From the IMG/VR virus record IMGVR_UViG_3300031688_001339: a stretch of DNA of 64,000 bases. One strand, 5' to 3'. Both the position numbers and the translations under genes were made by a program. Source of the DNA: a virus. Shown piece by piece: positions 37,460 through 47,938 of this stretch. Each line of letters starts with the position of its first letter. Positions within the stretch are counted from its first letter, which is position 1. The notes beneath the pieces are model-generated. The model was not told the origin of the DNA and searched no databases. It saw nothing but the letters and a program-made list of their open reading frames with translations.

Positions 37460-38746
37460 TTAATAATTAGTTTCTCTTTTTGCCTTTAAATAGTATTCTT
37501 CTAGTTCGGGGTGTGTTGTAAATAAATCGTGTCCTTCTTTTTTACTAAAACCATTTTGGTCTAAATCGTGACAGTAATCAATTGTCTTAATAAATTCTTC
37601 AACATCTTGTTCTTTGTCTAATGCTTTTATAATATTAGGATAGTCTTTATAAAATGGTTTTAACTTCTCTTTAATTTCTTTAGGTAAATTCTTTACTTGT
37701 AATATTCTTGGGTGTTCAATGATATAAAACGTGTGTTGTATACCCATATCTTTTAATAATGCAATTAGTTTATAATTTTCTAGTACACTTAAAAAAGATA
37801 TTACAGAGTGAACATTAACTCTTGCGTTTCTTCTAGCTCTCATTGTTTTCACATTATCCAAAAGTGAAGGCCAATCTGATTTCTTTCTTAAATAGTCATT
37901 ATATTTACCGTAACTATCTATTGATACTTTCATAACAAACTCTTTGAAGTGAGGAAAGTAATCTCTAAAGTTGTAACCGTCCATATCAAATACTGATAAG
38001 TTTGTTTTATAGATTAAGTCTATACCTTTTGAATGACCTGTTGCTACTAATTTGTCTAATAGTTTGTAGTGATTTTTCATAACTAAAGGTTCGCCACCAA
38101 TTAGTTTGATTGATCTAGTATACTTTGCTACGGAGGCAACATCGTCTGTATATTCATCGTCATCATGTTTCATTGTATTCATTCTTTCACCGTCTTTAGG
38201 GTCTAGATCAGGATCATATACTTTTTTTAATTGTTTTAGTGAGAGAGTTCTAGTGTTAGCACTTCTTGGTGTACACATATAACAATCTAGATTACAAGCA
38301 TTACCAAACATCTTCATTTTAATATCTAGTATTCTTTCATCAAATTCTGTAATTGCTCCTTCTTCAACAAACTTTTGAACGGCTCTTAATAATTCTGGTA
38401 CTTTACTATCAAATGTTCCTGCTAGTATTTGTTCAGTATACTTTTGTCTGTCTGAACGACCATATTTTTGTTCTTGTTTCCAACAACCTGTACAATGATG
38501 TCTAAAATATTTTGGATCATAATCTTCTTTTAACATTTCTGCTCTTAATTTATTTTGATAGTCGGAAGTATACCATTCTTTTATTTTAGTATCTTCCATG
38601 TTATGGCCAGTTCTAGCTAGTGCGTCATAACAAGGTGCATATCTGCCACTTAAACTAGAGAATACGTGTGTGAAAGGAAGTGGACAAAACCATAGTTTTT
38701 TATCTTTTAGTTTTTGTTCAAACTCTTTTTTCTGTTGCTCGTTCAT
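37460..38746 (-). CDS. radical SAM protein with N-terminal twitch/SPASM-like domain
   Basis: FCPLPF.H, C..CW..E, GNACNLDCYMC, GGEP, SIDS. Confidence 0.9.
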   Translation of the reverse strand: MNEQQKKEFEQKLKDKKLWFCPLPFTHVFSSLSGRYAPCYDALARTGHNMEDTKIKEWYTSDYQNKLRAEMLKEDYDPKYFRHHCTGCWKQEQKYGRSDRQKYTEQILAGTFDSKVPELLRAVQKFVEEGAITEFDERILDIKMKMFGNACNLDCYMCTPRSANTRTLSLKQLKKVYDPDLDPKDGERMNTMKHDDDEYTDDVASVAKYTRSIKLIGGEPLVMKNHYKLLDKLVATGHSKGIDLIYKTNLSVFDMDGYNFRDYFPHFKEFVMKVSIDSYGKYNDYLRKKSDWPSLLDNVKTMRARRNARVNVHSVISFLSVLENYKLIALLKDMGIQHTFYIIEHPRILQVKNLPKEIKEKLKPFYKDYPNIIKALDKEQDVEEFIKTIDYCHDLDQNGFSKKEGHDLFTTHPELEEYYLKAKRETNY

Positions 38747-38747
38747 A

Positions 38748-39539
38748 CTAGTTATTTATCCATATGTTATACAACGGACTTTGAGGACTGCCATGTATAG
38801 AACGATTAGGTCCTGTATAGTGTACCATCTTTAGTGTCTCAGCTGGTTCATCTAGTAACATATAGTCAACATTAAAAGTTTTAGCGTATAGTTTATTTAA
38901 AGCAATCATATCTTCTCTATTTTCTGTATATTTACCTAACCATTCTGGTGGTGTCAAAGTAAGTTTACTTTTCTTTTCAAATATTTTCCAATCAACATAA
39001 TTTTGTTCTCCATAATACTTAAAGTGTACTTTACCTGTATTGTAATAATGTAATTGCCAATATGGTGGATTAAGTGCGAAATCGTCCCATATATGCTTAA
39101 ACTGTCCTGATTTAAATTTATAAAAACCACCGTTTAGTGGTAAGATATTATTGTCTTTAAGTTTCTTTTCTTCACCATTTGTTGTAGCATTATTCCACCA
39201 AGTGCCATAAGATACTAGTTCATCATCACCGACAGGAAAACCTATAAGATCATCTACATTACCTACAACAACTTGATCTATATCCATTATTATTATATCA
39301 TCACCTGGCTGTTGACCACCAAATAGAGGACTAAAGAATTTTAATTTATGCCAGTGTTTTTTAATGTCGCTATGATGATTATAAGGTAGTACAACATCTG
39401 CTTCAACATTAGGATCGTCACTTATACATACTGATCTAAAAGGTATACTACTATTCTTTCTTAAAGCCTTATAGAAGTTACCAACATAGTCTGGCGTATA
39501 AGTGCCTTTATAATATACAGTGCATATTCTAATCATCAA
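38748..39539 (-). CDS. glycosyltransferase-like protein (GT-A, DxD)
   Basis: Y.PDYV, WHKLKFF, MDIDQVV, NGGFY, GEQ; paralogue of 35443-36054. Confidence 0.75.
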   Translation of the reverse strand: MMIRICTVYYKGTYTPDYVGNFYKALRKNSSIPFRSVCISDDPNVEADVVLPYNHHSDIKKHWHKLKFFSPLFGGQQPGDDIIIMDIDQVVVGNVDDLIGFPVGDDELVSYGTWWNNATTNGEEKKLKDNNILPLNGGFYKFKSGQFKHIWDDFALNPPYWQLHYYNTGKVHFKYYGEQNYVDWKIFEKKSKLTLTPPEWLGKYTENREDMIALNKLYAKTFNVDYMLLDEPAETLKMVHYTGPNRSIHGSPQSPLYNIWINN

Positions 39540-40383
39540 TATGTTTCCATATCAAATCAAATCTTTTATTAATGGCATGTATAAGTTTGGCTGTCGTAGG
39601 AATAAACATTTGACTATCAAAAAAATAATGCCAATCTTTGTCTAACCATTGTACCGGTACTTTCTTTTCTTTTAACTTAACAGCAAACAGTGTCTCGTTA
39701 TCATAACCAAAGAAATCAGCAATCTTTTTAGGAAATAAATCGTATACTCCTATAAGACTTGTCATTAATTTAAGGTCATCTTTAAAATCAGTAAAGTATT
39801 CTAATTGATCTAAATGCTTTTTACTAATACCTACTATACCTGTATTAATAACATCATTGGTTGGACTTAAACCTTTCTCTATTAACATAGCCTGAGCATT
39901 ATAGTACTTGGCGTTTGGACTTCTTATTGTTTGAGTTTTAGGTGTTATTCTTTGAATAGGACTTACTCTTTCATTGTTATTTAAAACACATATACCTTTT
40001 GATAAGTCCCATACTTCAAAAAAGTTTTCATTTGTATTAGGAACAACATCAAAGTCTAGGTACAATACTTCATCGTATTTCTTACCAAACTCATATAGTA
40101 GATGTATCTTAAAGAAATTAACTATGTTATAACTTGTAATTTCTGGATAGTTTTTTCTAAAGAATTTATAGTACTCTGTATAGTCTTCAACCATTTTAAA
40201 GTCTACACCAATACTCTTAGCATATTCAACTTTACAATCTACCAATCTTTGATAGTTTATTTGAAATTCATTTTTAGTATTATAGTTTGTATGTACGGCG
40301 TCTGGTTTCTTTATATGATCGTCAAATAAATCTAACTCTGCCTTAGGTATATCTATGAATAAACTGAATATTATTCTTTTCAT
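39529..40383 (-). CDS. glycosyltransferase-like protein (GT-A, DxD)
   Basis: KIHLL, YDEVLYLDFDVV, INTG, DNE, H.I.K; start after AAGGAG. Confidence 0.75.
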   Translation of the reverse strand: MKRIIFSLFIDIPKAELDLFDDHIKKPDAVHTNYNTKNEFQINYQRLVDCKVEYAKSIGVDFKMVEDYTEYYKFFRKNYPEITSYNIVNFFKIHLLYEFGKKYDEVLYLDFDVVPNTNENFFEVWDLSKGICVLNNNERVSPIQRITPKTQTIRSPNAKYYNAQAMLIEKGLSPTNDVINTGIVGISKKHLDQLEYFTDFKDDLKLMTSLIGVYDLFPKKIADFFGYDNETLFAVKLKEKKVPVQWLDKDWHYFFDSQMFIPTTAKLIHAINKRFDLIWKHIDD

Positions 40384-40384
40384 A

Positions 40385-41008
40385 CTACTCCTTGTAGTGT
40401 GCTGGTGTATCTGTTTCCAGTTTACCAATTAATAAAAATCTTGTTCCTCTATAGTCTGTTACCTTTTCTTCAGCAAGAACTGTTGCTGTATCTGGTAACT
40501 GTTTTTTAAAATCTTCTATTGTATCTACACAGTTTATATGTCCTTCAATATCATACATGTCGTTAGATGTAAAAGCAAAGTAAGAATTTATGTTACTTAA
40601 AATCTTTAAGTCTCTCATAGGTTTCATATGTTCACAAGAGGTGTTAATAATAAGTTTTGTTCTTTTAATTCTGTTAGAATCTTCAGCCCATTCAAAACAA
40701 TCTTTATTAACAAAGTCTATTTGTTTATATCCTGGATATATTCTATATTTGTTTCTACTAATAACTTGTGGATCTAAATCTATAGCAGTAATTCTTTTAA
40801 CTTCATGGTAAAAGGCAGGTATTAATATACTACCATACCAACAACCAAAAATAGCTATATCATCTTCTTTTTCTAATGGTACTAATTTCTTAATATGATC
40901 TATAAGTTTTATTTTAGTATTGAATTGGTTAGGACTTAATGAATCTAATAGATCACTATTCTCTCTAATTTCTTCCATTATATTTTTAAATAAATTTAAA
41001 TCAATCAT
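40385..41008 (-). CDS. class I SAM-dependent methyltransferase-like protein
   Basis: IFGCWYG motif I, IDLDP, INTSCEHM. Confidence 0.65.
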   Translation of the reverse strand: MIDLNLFKNIMEEIRENSDLLDSLSPNQFNTKIKLIDHIKKLVPLEKEDDIAIFGCWYGSILIPAFYHEVKRITAIDLDPQVISRNKYRIYPGYKQIDFVNKDCFEWAEDSNRIKRTKLIINTSCEHMKPMRDLKILSNINSYFAFTSNDMYDIEGHINCVDTIEDFKKQLPDTATVLAEEKVTDYRGTRFLLIGKLETDTPAHYKE

Positions 41009-42540
41009 TTTCTTATTATATAATCATTAATAACTAATATATCTATAGCAGTTTTCTTAAATGTTCTTAATGCATGTTCAGGAGTTTCTACAATAGGTTC
41101 TTGACAGTTAAAACTTGTATTAACTAACATAGGAACACCAGTGATCTCTCCGAACTCTCTTATAAGTTCATAGAATTTACTATTATCTTTTTTATTTACT
41201 GTTTGTATTCTAGCCGTGCCATCAACGTGAGTAACACCAGGTATTACATTTTTCATTTCTGGTTTAACTTTACATATTCTTGACATGTAAGGACTAGGTG
41301 AGTTAGTATCAAAGTATTGTTTATAGTGTTCTTCTAATACGGCTGGTGCAAATGGTCTAAAGTCTTCTCTCATTTTAACAGTACCATTAATAATATCTTT
41401 TATATCAGGATTTCTAGGATCAGCTAATATACTTCTATTACCTAATGCTCTGTTACCACTTTCTGATTTACCTTGAAACCAACCTACTATCTTGCCATCA
41501 GCAAGTGCTTGAGCAATTTCTTTATATGAAGTTAACTTTTCTTCGCCTTTGTAATAGTCATATGATTTGCCAGCATAAACGTTAGAAATATGTACATTAT
41601 TGTTTATTGTATAGTCAGCATGTTGATAAGCACCAATAGCCTGTCCTTCATCACCAATTGCAGGTGGTACATGAACGTTTTGATAGTGTTCAGTAAACAT
41701 TTCATTTACATAACCATTGTAAGCAACTCCACCAGCAAGACAAAGATGATCACAAGTTTTTAATGGATAAACATATTCCTTAATTTTTTCCATTGTAATA
41801 TGTTGTAGTGTATATGCTAAGTCATTTATACCGTGTTTGTCAATCTCTATAGATTTCCATTCTGGATACTTTCTTTCTAAAATAGGTCCTTCTAATATAG
41901 TGGTTAATACATTATAATAGTAATCACTAAATTTACCATAACCAACTTTACCCATAAGTTTACTTGCACCTAGTGTTCCGAAACCTGTAAGATTAGACAT
42001 ATGATTCCATAACCACCCGATAGGAAGTTTTGATGATAGATCAGTTGCTTTACCGTCTCTATCAAAAAATAAACATCTGTATTTTGAGCCAATGCCGTCT
42101 ATTGCAAGTACATCACTTTGTTGATAACCTGAATTTAAAAATGCATAAGCAGCATGTGATTGATGATGATCAATATAATAGATACCATCTTTATAATAAT
42201 TTTGCCATAATGTTTTAACTTCGTAGTCTAAAATCTCATCATGTCCTTTAAATATAGTTTTAAATAATTCTTCTTTTGATTTTCTTATACCACCATAAGT
42301 GTATGTAAATGCTAAAACACTGTCCTCTGGTTTTTTAAGATGTTCTTTTATAAACTGATCATTTAAAGTATAGTCACCAGGATTTAATATATCTGATTGA
42401 TGATTATATGCTTCTGCTCTGTATGGTAAGTTATGTTTAAATCTAGTATGTCTTTCTATCTGATTGTGAAAGACACCATCGTAGGTATTGTGATCGTGTA
42501 AGTTAATTGCGACTGCATTTATTTTCATTTTCTTTTCCAT
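41005..42540 (-). CDS. carbamoyltransferase (NodU/CmcH family)
   Basis: HHQSHAA, IDGIG, KLMG, LAGGVAYN, GDEG, SESGNRALGNRSILADP, RPFAP, HVDGTARIQTV, NTSFN. Confidence 0.95.
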   Translation of the reverse strand: MEKKMKINAVAINLHDHNTYDGVFHNQIERHTRFKHNLPYRAEAYNHQSDILNPGDYTLNDQFIKEHLKKPEDSVLAFTYTYGGIRKSKEELFKTIFKGHDEILDYEVKTLWQNYYKDGIYYIDHHQSHAAYAFLNSGYQQSDVLAIDGIGSKYRCLFFDRDGKATDLSSKLPIGWLWNHMSNLTGFGTLGASKLMGKVGYGKFSDYYYNVLTTILEGPILERKYPEWKSIEIDKHGINDLAYTLQHITMEKIKEYVYPLKTCDHLCLAGGVAYNGYVNEMFTEHYQNVHVPPAIGDEGQAIGAYQHADYTINNNVHISNVYAGKSYDYYKGEEKLTSYKEIAQALADGKIVGWFQGKSESGNRALGNRSILADPRNPDIKDIINGTVKMREDFRPFAPAVLEEHYKQYFDTNSPSPYMSRICKVKPEMKNVIPGVTHVDGTARIQTVNKKDNSKFYELIREFGEITGVPMLVNTSFNCQEPIVETPEHALRTFKKTAIDILVINDYIIRK

Positions 42541-42557
42541 TGTTATATTCGCTTTAT

Positions 42558-42956
42558 TTATAGTCCCATTAAATCTCTTATTTCAGGATCAATCATATCT
42601 CTAGACCACATAGGTGTCATTGTAATTCTGACTTTACATTTTAATCCTGGAATACTTTCAACAGCTTGTCTAACTCCATTAACTATTTCATCTACTGCTG
42701 GACAAAAAGCAGACGTTAAACTCATTAATACAAATACATATCTTTCAGAGGTAACTTTAACGTCATATATAAGTCCAAGTGTATATATGTCTGTATCAAT
42801 TTCAGGATCATAACAAGTTTTAAGTTTCTCTGTAATCTTATTAATAAACTCTAGACGCATTTCTTGGTCGTCTTTAATATCTGATAAAGTAGCGTTAACT
42901 TGTGGGTCAACCGATGGTGTAGGTTGTCTTAAATCTGGATCATCTGTTTCATTCAT
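42558..42956 (-). CDS. DUF59 / SufT-like Fe-S assembly protein
   Basis: L...YDPEI..DIY.LGLIY, MSLTSAFCP, P.WS.DM. Confidence 0.9.
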   Translation of the reverse strand: MNETDDPDLRQPTPSVDPQVNATLSDIKDDQEMRLEFINKITEKLKTCYDPEIDTDIYTLGLIYDVKVTSERYVFVLMSLTSAFCPAVDEIVNGVRQAVESIPGLKCKVRITMTPMWSRDMIDPEIRDLMGL

Positions 42957-42965
42957 AATTTACTC

Positions 42966-43805
42966 CTATACGTTCAATATGTTAGCGTACTTCTCAATAG
43001 GGAAGTGTCCCTTTGGTTGTACATACTCCTTACATGTTACACAATACTTTTCATATTTAAATAACTGGAAATTCATCATCTTGTCTACGTTTTCTTTTGT
43101 CATAGGAAACGATCTAGATAGTTCAAGATTGTTAGCAAACTTTTTACTACAGTGTACTATAGTTTTTGTTTCAAAGTTTATTACTGGTACCATTGGAAAA
43201 GCGGCACACATTTTACGATCTATTTCAGCTGCTTGTTTATGTACTTCTTCTACATCACCTTTAGTTGGTGTTCTACCATTAAATGCTTTGAACATAGTAT
43301 TTTTATGTTCTAGTTTCTTTTTAAATTCTGGATAGTTTGCTATGTATTTAAAGTAATTAGGTGTTTTAAGTACTACGTTATAGTTATTCATATCATTTGG
43401 TTCTAGATAGTCATAGTTACCTAATTTCTTTATCTCATCTGGATAAAAATCTAACGTTAAATGTTCTACATATAAAATATCTGGGTCTTTTAGTATCTCT
43501 GGGTATCTTTTTCTTATAAAAGAGTTAGATAAAACTTGGCAAATAAAATTAGGGTATTCTTTTACCATTGCAATCACTTCACGCAAGTTCTTAATTAGAC
43601 CTGGCTCTCCACCAAGTAAACATATTCTAGTCTTATAATTCTTTAAACTTTCTAACGTTTCTCTTAAAAAATCTAAATCTACTGTTAAGTTTCTCATTTC
43701 TAGAGTATAACTTGTACAGTAGTGACAATCTTTATTACAAGACATTGATAGAAAGAAATCTACAGCTAAGTAGTTCTTTTGTGCATATGTTAAATCAAAT
43801 TTCAT
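42966..43805 (-). CDS. radical SAM protein
   Basis: SCNKDCHYC, LLGGEPG, C-terminal Cys cluster. Confidence 0.88.
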   Translation of the reverse strand: MKFDLTYAQKNYLAVDFFLSMSCNKDCHYCTSYTLEMRNLTVDLDFLRETLESLKNYKTRICLLGGEPGLIKNLREVIAMVKEYPNFICQVLSNSFIRKRYPEILKDPDILYVEHLTLDFYPDEIKKLGNYDYLEPNDMNNYNVVLKTPNYFKYIANYPEFKKKLEHKNTMFKAFNGRTPTKGDVEEVHKQAAEIDRKMCAAFPMVPVINFETKTIVHCSKKFANNLELSRSFPMTKENVDKMMNFQLFKYEKYCVTCKEYVQPKGHFPIEKYANILNV

Positions 43806-44649
43806 TTTTGTCTTCTTCTAACTGTCTATTTATCTCTAGTTCACCACCAAGAGATTTTTCTATTACCATTTCTGTAAACTTTTTATCATCATAATGCCAC
43901 ATATCCTTTGCATTTTTAAATGTCTTACTGTCTGCTGGCTGTTTTGTCACATCAACCCAATTTATCATATCTTCATATGGTGGTTTATGATCATCTTGTA
44001 CTTGATTAGTTCTTTTCATAAAATCCATTCTGTAATAGGAACCATAACCTAGTGTAACTATCATGTGTGGTGTTCTATTAACATAAGTAGTATCTTGCCA
44101 TCTAGATGGATTTTTAGGAAAACAAGAAGTAAATGAAACGTCTATACCTTTTTCTAATGCCAGGCCAACTAATGATTGAGAAAATAATCCACATTCAAAA
44201 GAAATTAAACTGTCTATTTCGCTTAATTCACTTTCAATAGTTTGTTCCGTAAAGTGACTATCATTATCTACACCCCATTGATTAAATTTATTGTTCTCAC
44301 AAAGTCTTGATTCAAATACCAAAACATATGGAGCACTTATTATATGTTGATAGTTTCTATTTACTAAATGTATTGAATCTTTTATCTTACCCTCTCTCAT
44401 GGCCCTATCTTCGGTTGCATGGTGATTAAATACTGCTTTATTCCATATCTTAATTTTTTCTGATTGATTTTCATCTCCTGGACCTATAATGTTTATCTTA
44501 TAAGGCATAAACTGTTGTTTAGAAGGAGTTACTTCATAAGCTTCTTTAATAACAGAGTTTACTTCTTCTTTAGTTGGCCATTTTTCTCTATCGTACAACC
44601 AAACTTGTTGTCTCTTATTAAGTGCTTTGTATACTGGAGATTTAGTCAT
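43795..44649 (-). CDS. nitroreductase-family (FMN-binding) protein
   Basis: KR.QV..Y, A..TPSKQ..PY, APY, E.G, G.D.SF..C, LGY. Confidence 0.75.
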   Translation of the reverse strand: MTKSPVYKALNKRQQVWLYDREKWPTKEEVNSVIKEAYEVTPSKQQFMPYKINIIGPGDENQSEKIKIWNKAVFNHHATEDRAMREGKIKDSIHLVNRNYQHIISAPYVLVFESRLCENNKFNQWGVDNDSHFTEQTIESELSEIDSLISFECGLFSQSLVGLALEKGIDVSFTSCFPKNPSRWQDTTYVNRTPHMIVTLGYGSYYRMDFMKRTNQVQDDHKPPYEDMINWVDVTKQPADSKTFKNAKDMWHYDDKKFTEMVIEKSLGGELEINRQLEEDKNEI

Positions 44650-45460
44650 TTATTCCTATATTTAAATCTTGTTTACTAATGTTTAATCTTCTTTTCATTT
44701 CAGTTTTATTTTCGTCTGTAGTTCCAGATGTATCTTCAACCCAATTTATTACATCTTTAAAGTCTGCTTTTCTGTCCATATCCCAATTACTTTTACCGTT
44801 TTCGGTATCAGGACCATTTTCTTCCATCCACTGTTTCTTATAATATTTTCCATGTCCCATAGAACAAGTTAGAAGTGGTAAAGTTGTAACAAAATCTAGA
44901 TCATGCCATTTTTCTACATCTTTAGGAAAACATTGTGTATATGTAATATCAATACCTTTCTCTACTAGTAATCCTGTAAGAGAAGCTACAAACAATCCTA
45001 CTTCAACACTTGTTGCTTGTGCTAGGTTGTTTATTTGATCTTCAAATTCTGGTTCACTAAAGTGACCATCTTCAGCAATACATTTTTGATTCCATGCATT
45101 TGTTTTTCCTGGTTCAACAACTCTAGACGTAATAACTATTACATAAGGAGCGTCTGATAAATGTTGATATGTTTTATTTACTTTTTTAGGTGATTGATCT
45201 ATCTGACCTTTTGATAATGCTCTTTCTTCCACATTATGGTGGTTATGCATTGCCTTATCCCATACTTTAAGTTTTTCATCATCAAACTTTGATTCTGGAC
45301 CTAATATATTTACTTTGTAGGGATAGTAATTTTGTTTTGAGGGTGTCATATGCCAGGCTTTCCAGAGACAATCTTCTATAACTTTTTTATCTGGTATATT
45401 ATCCTTATCGTATTCTATTACGTGTTTACGTTTTAAAAACGTTTCATATATTTTTGACAT
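44642..45460 (-). CDS. nitroreductase-family (FMN-binding) protein, paralogue
   Basis: KRKHV..Y, AW..TPSKQNYYPY, APY, VEVG, GIDITY.QC. Confidence 0.75.
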   Translation of the reverse strand: MSKIYETFLKRKHVIEYDKDNIPDKKVIEDCLWKAWHMTPSKQNYYPYKVNILGPESKFDDEKLKVWDKAMHNHHNVEERALSKGQIDQSPKKVNKTYQHLSDAPYVIVITSRVVEPGKTNAWNQKCIAEDGHFSEPEFEDQINNLAQATSVEVGLFVASLTGLLVEKGIDITYTQCFPKDVEKWHDLDFVTTLPLLTCSMGHGKYYKKQWMEENGPDTENGKSNWDMDRKADFKDVINWVEDTSGTTDENKTEMKRRLNISKQDLNIGIND

Positions 45461-46217
45461 TTATTTCTCCTATTAAGAGGTCGGTTATTGCTTGATGTCC
45501 TTTTTCGTTAGGGTGGTCATCTTGGTCAGATACTATAAGGCCTCTTTCTTCCATTTGTATTCCGTCTCTACCTAAAACATGACCGATCATGTTAAAACCA
45601 CCTAGTCTATCATATTTTTCTTGTAAACCAGGCCAACCTATAAAGTTATTTATATGTTTATTATACTTGCCTATTATTTCTAATAATTTTTCCTCATCTT
45701 TAAGTGGATCACCTGGATATTTCATTCTATCCTCGTTTGTCATATTATGAAGTAATCTATCCGATTCTGTAGGTTTTAATCCTTTTAAATATGATTCAAA
45801 CAGATCACCCATTTGAAAATGATAATATGGCAGGTTGTAGTTTTCACACATCATCTGAAAACTTAAATATGTTCTTAAACTTTTAGTTACCCAACCTAAC
45901 AAGTCTCCATCTTGATCAGTTCTTTTAGAGTGCCAACTGCCTAGCCAGCCTGTTTGCCAATCTTTTCTAAATGATTGTGACCAAGCAGCTATAACTAATC
46001 CTATTTCTTCTTTAGGTGTTTTTACTATCTCATCTAATATAGTATCGTGAATGTATTGATTACCTGCTCCACTTTTCGCAACGCAAACAAGTTCCATACC
46101 TAAATGTTTTGCAAGAAGTTCAGGCCATTTTGGCCATGAAAAGTCCCATGTAGGGTGACATATAGACCTAAATGCTAGGTCTGTACAACTATCTCCACTA
46201 ACTATTAATTTTTTCAT
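45444..46217 (-). CDS. SGNH/GDSL-like hydrolase-fold protein
   Basis: LIVSGDSCT, WPELLA, AKSGAGN, DDHPNEKGH; paralogue of 16009-16845. Confidence 0.65.
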   Translation of the reverse strand: MKKLIVSGDSCTDLAFRSICHPTWDFSWPKWPELLAKHLGMELVCVAKSGAGNQYIHDTILDEIVKTPKEEIGLVIAAWSQSFRKDWQTGWLGSWHSKRTDQDGDLLGWVTKSLRTYLSFQMMCENYNLPYYHFQMGDLFESYLKGLKPTESDRLLHNMTNEDRMKYPGDPLKDEEKLLEIIGKYNKHINNFIGWPGLQEKYDRLGGFNMIGHVLGRDGIQMEERGLIVSDQDDHPNEKGHQAITDLLIGEINVKNI

Positions 46218-46506
46218 AGAATAATTTGTTAAATGCTATTTTAAGTTTATGTTTAGGTTCTTCTTTAAAGTTCAAAGGACCGTAATCATATTCAGGCATT
46301 AAGTAAGTCTTCTCAACAATATACTCATACACTGGTTCATGTTCTTTGTCAATTAATGTTTCGTCAAAGATGTCACTAGTACCTAATGCTCTTTTCATCA
46401 TTTGACAAGTTTTAATAAGATTATGATCGGTTATAGGAACAGGATTTTCGTTACTGTCAATATAACTAATTTGATCTAATTCTGTGTTTGCTATTATTTC
46501 AATCAT
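46198..46506 (-). CDS. hypothetical protein
   Basis: 102 aa, coupled within the operon. Confidence 0.6.
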   Translation of the reverse strand: MIEIIANTELDQISYIDSNENPVPITDHNLIKTCQMMKRALGTSDIFDETLIDKEHEPVYEYIVEKTYLMPEYDYGPLNFKEEPKHKLKIAFNKLFYEKINS

Positions 46507-47573
46507 AGGTTATTTAATATTGTATTGCATACATCTTTTACTTCTTCATCTTTCATAAATGGGTGTATTGGTAATGTTAATACAGAGCTACTAACTAGTT
46601 TACTATTTTTACAGTTATCACTTCTATGTTCTATGTTTTTATACATAGGTCTTTCCGAAATAAGTTTTTCATAATGAATATTAGCACCTAGTTTTCCTTT
46701 TATTCTATCTCTTGCCTCATTAGCTTCAACTGGATCTCCTTCATCAAATCTTATAACGTATTTATGATATGTATGATTCAGACCATTTGTTGTTTCTTGT
46801 ACAGCTACATAACCTTTTAGTTCATCATCATATTTTTTTGCTATTATTTGTTTAGCCTCAATATACTGATCTAATTTTTTTAATCTATAATCAATAAATT
46901 TTGCATTAAAGAATAACATTTTAGAATTATATCCTAGTATCTCATGGTTACCGTGTTTTCTTAACTTGATACACATATCAGCATGTTCTTTATTATCTGT
47001 TAATACAATTCCACCACCAGCAATACCACCAATAGTTTTGTTTGCATTAAAACTTATAGTACTAAAATCTCCTTGTGTACCTGCTTTTACACCATTAAGA
47101 CTTGAACCTATGGCCTGAGCTGCGTCTTCTACAAAGTATATATTTTTCTCTTTACAAAATTTTAATATTTCTGCTATATCTGTCATACTGCCAAACAAAT
47201 GTGGATAGATAATTGCTTTTACTTTATCTGAATACATTTTTTTAATACTATCAAGAGTCATATGATAAGAGTATGGGTCTATATCACAAAATACAGGTGT
47301 TGCACCTACCATAGATATACAAGACGCTGTTGATATCCAAGAGAAGTTGGTTGTTATTACTTCATCGCCTGGTTTTATACCTAGACATTTTAGAGAAAAC
47401 ATTAAGGCGTCTGTACCATTTTGACATGCTACGGCATATTTTCTACCTACTATATCTGTAACTGTTTTTTCCAGAAACTCTATGTTTTGTTCCTGATTTT
47501 CTTTCATGCATTCATCAAAGAGTTTAGTATAATTCTCTTTGTCTTCAGCATATTCATATTTCCATGCGTCCAT
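46503..47573 (-). CDS. DegT/DnrJ/EryC1/StrS sugar aminotransferase
   Basis: NGTDAL, GDEVIT, GATPVFCD, VEDAAQAIG, SFNANKTIG (PLP lysine), LPIHP. Confidence 0.95.
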   Translation of the reverse strand: MDAWKYEYAEDKENYTKLFDECMKENQEQNIEFLEKTVTDIVGRKYAVACQNGTDALMFSLKCLGIKPGDEVITTNFSWISTASCISMVGATPVFCDIDPYSYHMTLDSIKKMYSDKVKAIIYPHLFGSMTDIAEILKFCKEKNIYFVEDAAQAIGSSLNGVKAGTQGDFSTISFNANKTIGGIAGGGIVLTDNKEHADMCIKLRKHGNHEILGYNSKMLFFNAKFIDYRLKKLDQYIEAKQIIAKKYDDELKGYVAVQETTNGLNHTYHKYVIRFDEGDPVEANEARDRIKGKLGANIHYEKLISERPMYKNIEHRSDNCKNSKLVSSSVLTLPIHPFMKDEEVKDVCNTILNNL

Positions 47574-47938
47574 TATTTCTCCTCTACCATTTTCTTTACT
47601 CCATTTTCATAAACAGTTTCAACCTTTATCTTATCATCTTTAGCCCTTGCTTGGCAATGGTGTAAACAAGTTTGATTGATTTTTTCTAAATTGTCTCCTT
47701 TATCTCTAGCCTGGACTAGATCATCTTCAAAAGCTTGCCATTGTTTAGTGTCTAGTATATTGTCTATACTTTTATAATCTTTAAGTTTACTAATAGAGTA
47801 AATTTCTTTAAATAGTTCACTCTTTGTAGTCTTCGGGTGATCACACCAACAACATGGTAATAAGTGACCTCTATTGTCTATTGCCAAAGGCATTGGTTTC
47901 TCACCATTTATAGGTAAACATTTAGGATTTAATTTCAT
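47573..47938 (-). CDS. stand-alone SPASM/twitch-like Fe-S protein
   Basis: PKC...LAIDNRGHLLPCCWCD...C.HHC. Confidence 0.7.
   Translation of the reverse strand: MKLNPKCLPINGEKPMPLAIDNRGHLLPCCWCDHPKTTKSELFKEIYSISKLKDYKSIDNILDTKQWQAFEDDLVQARDKGDNLEKINQTCLHHCQARAKDDKIKVETVYENGVKKMVEEK

Noticed and set aside
42966-43805. Assignment as QueE of a deazaguanine pathway
   Set aside because: Only generic radical SAM motifs are visible, there are extra C-terminal cysteines, and queD/folE are absent from the window.
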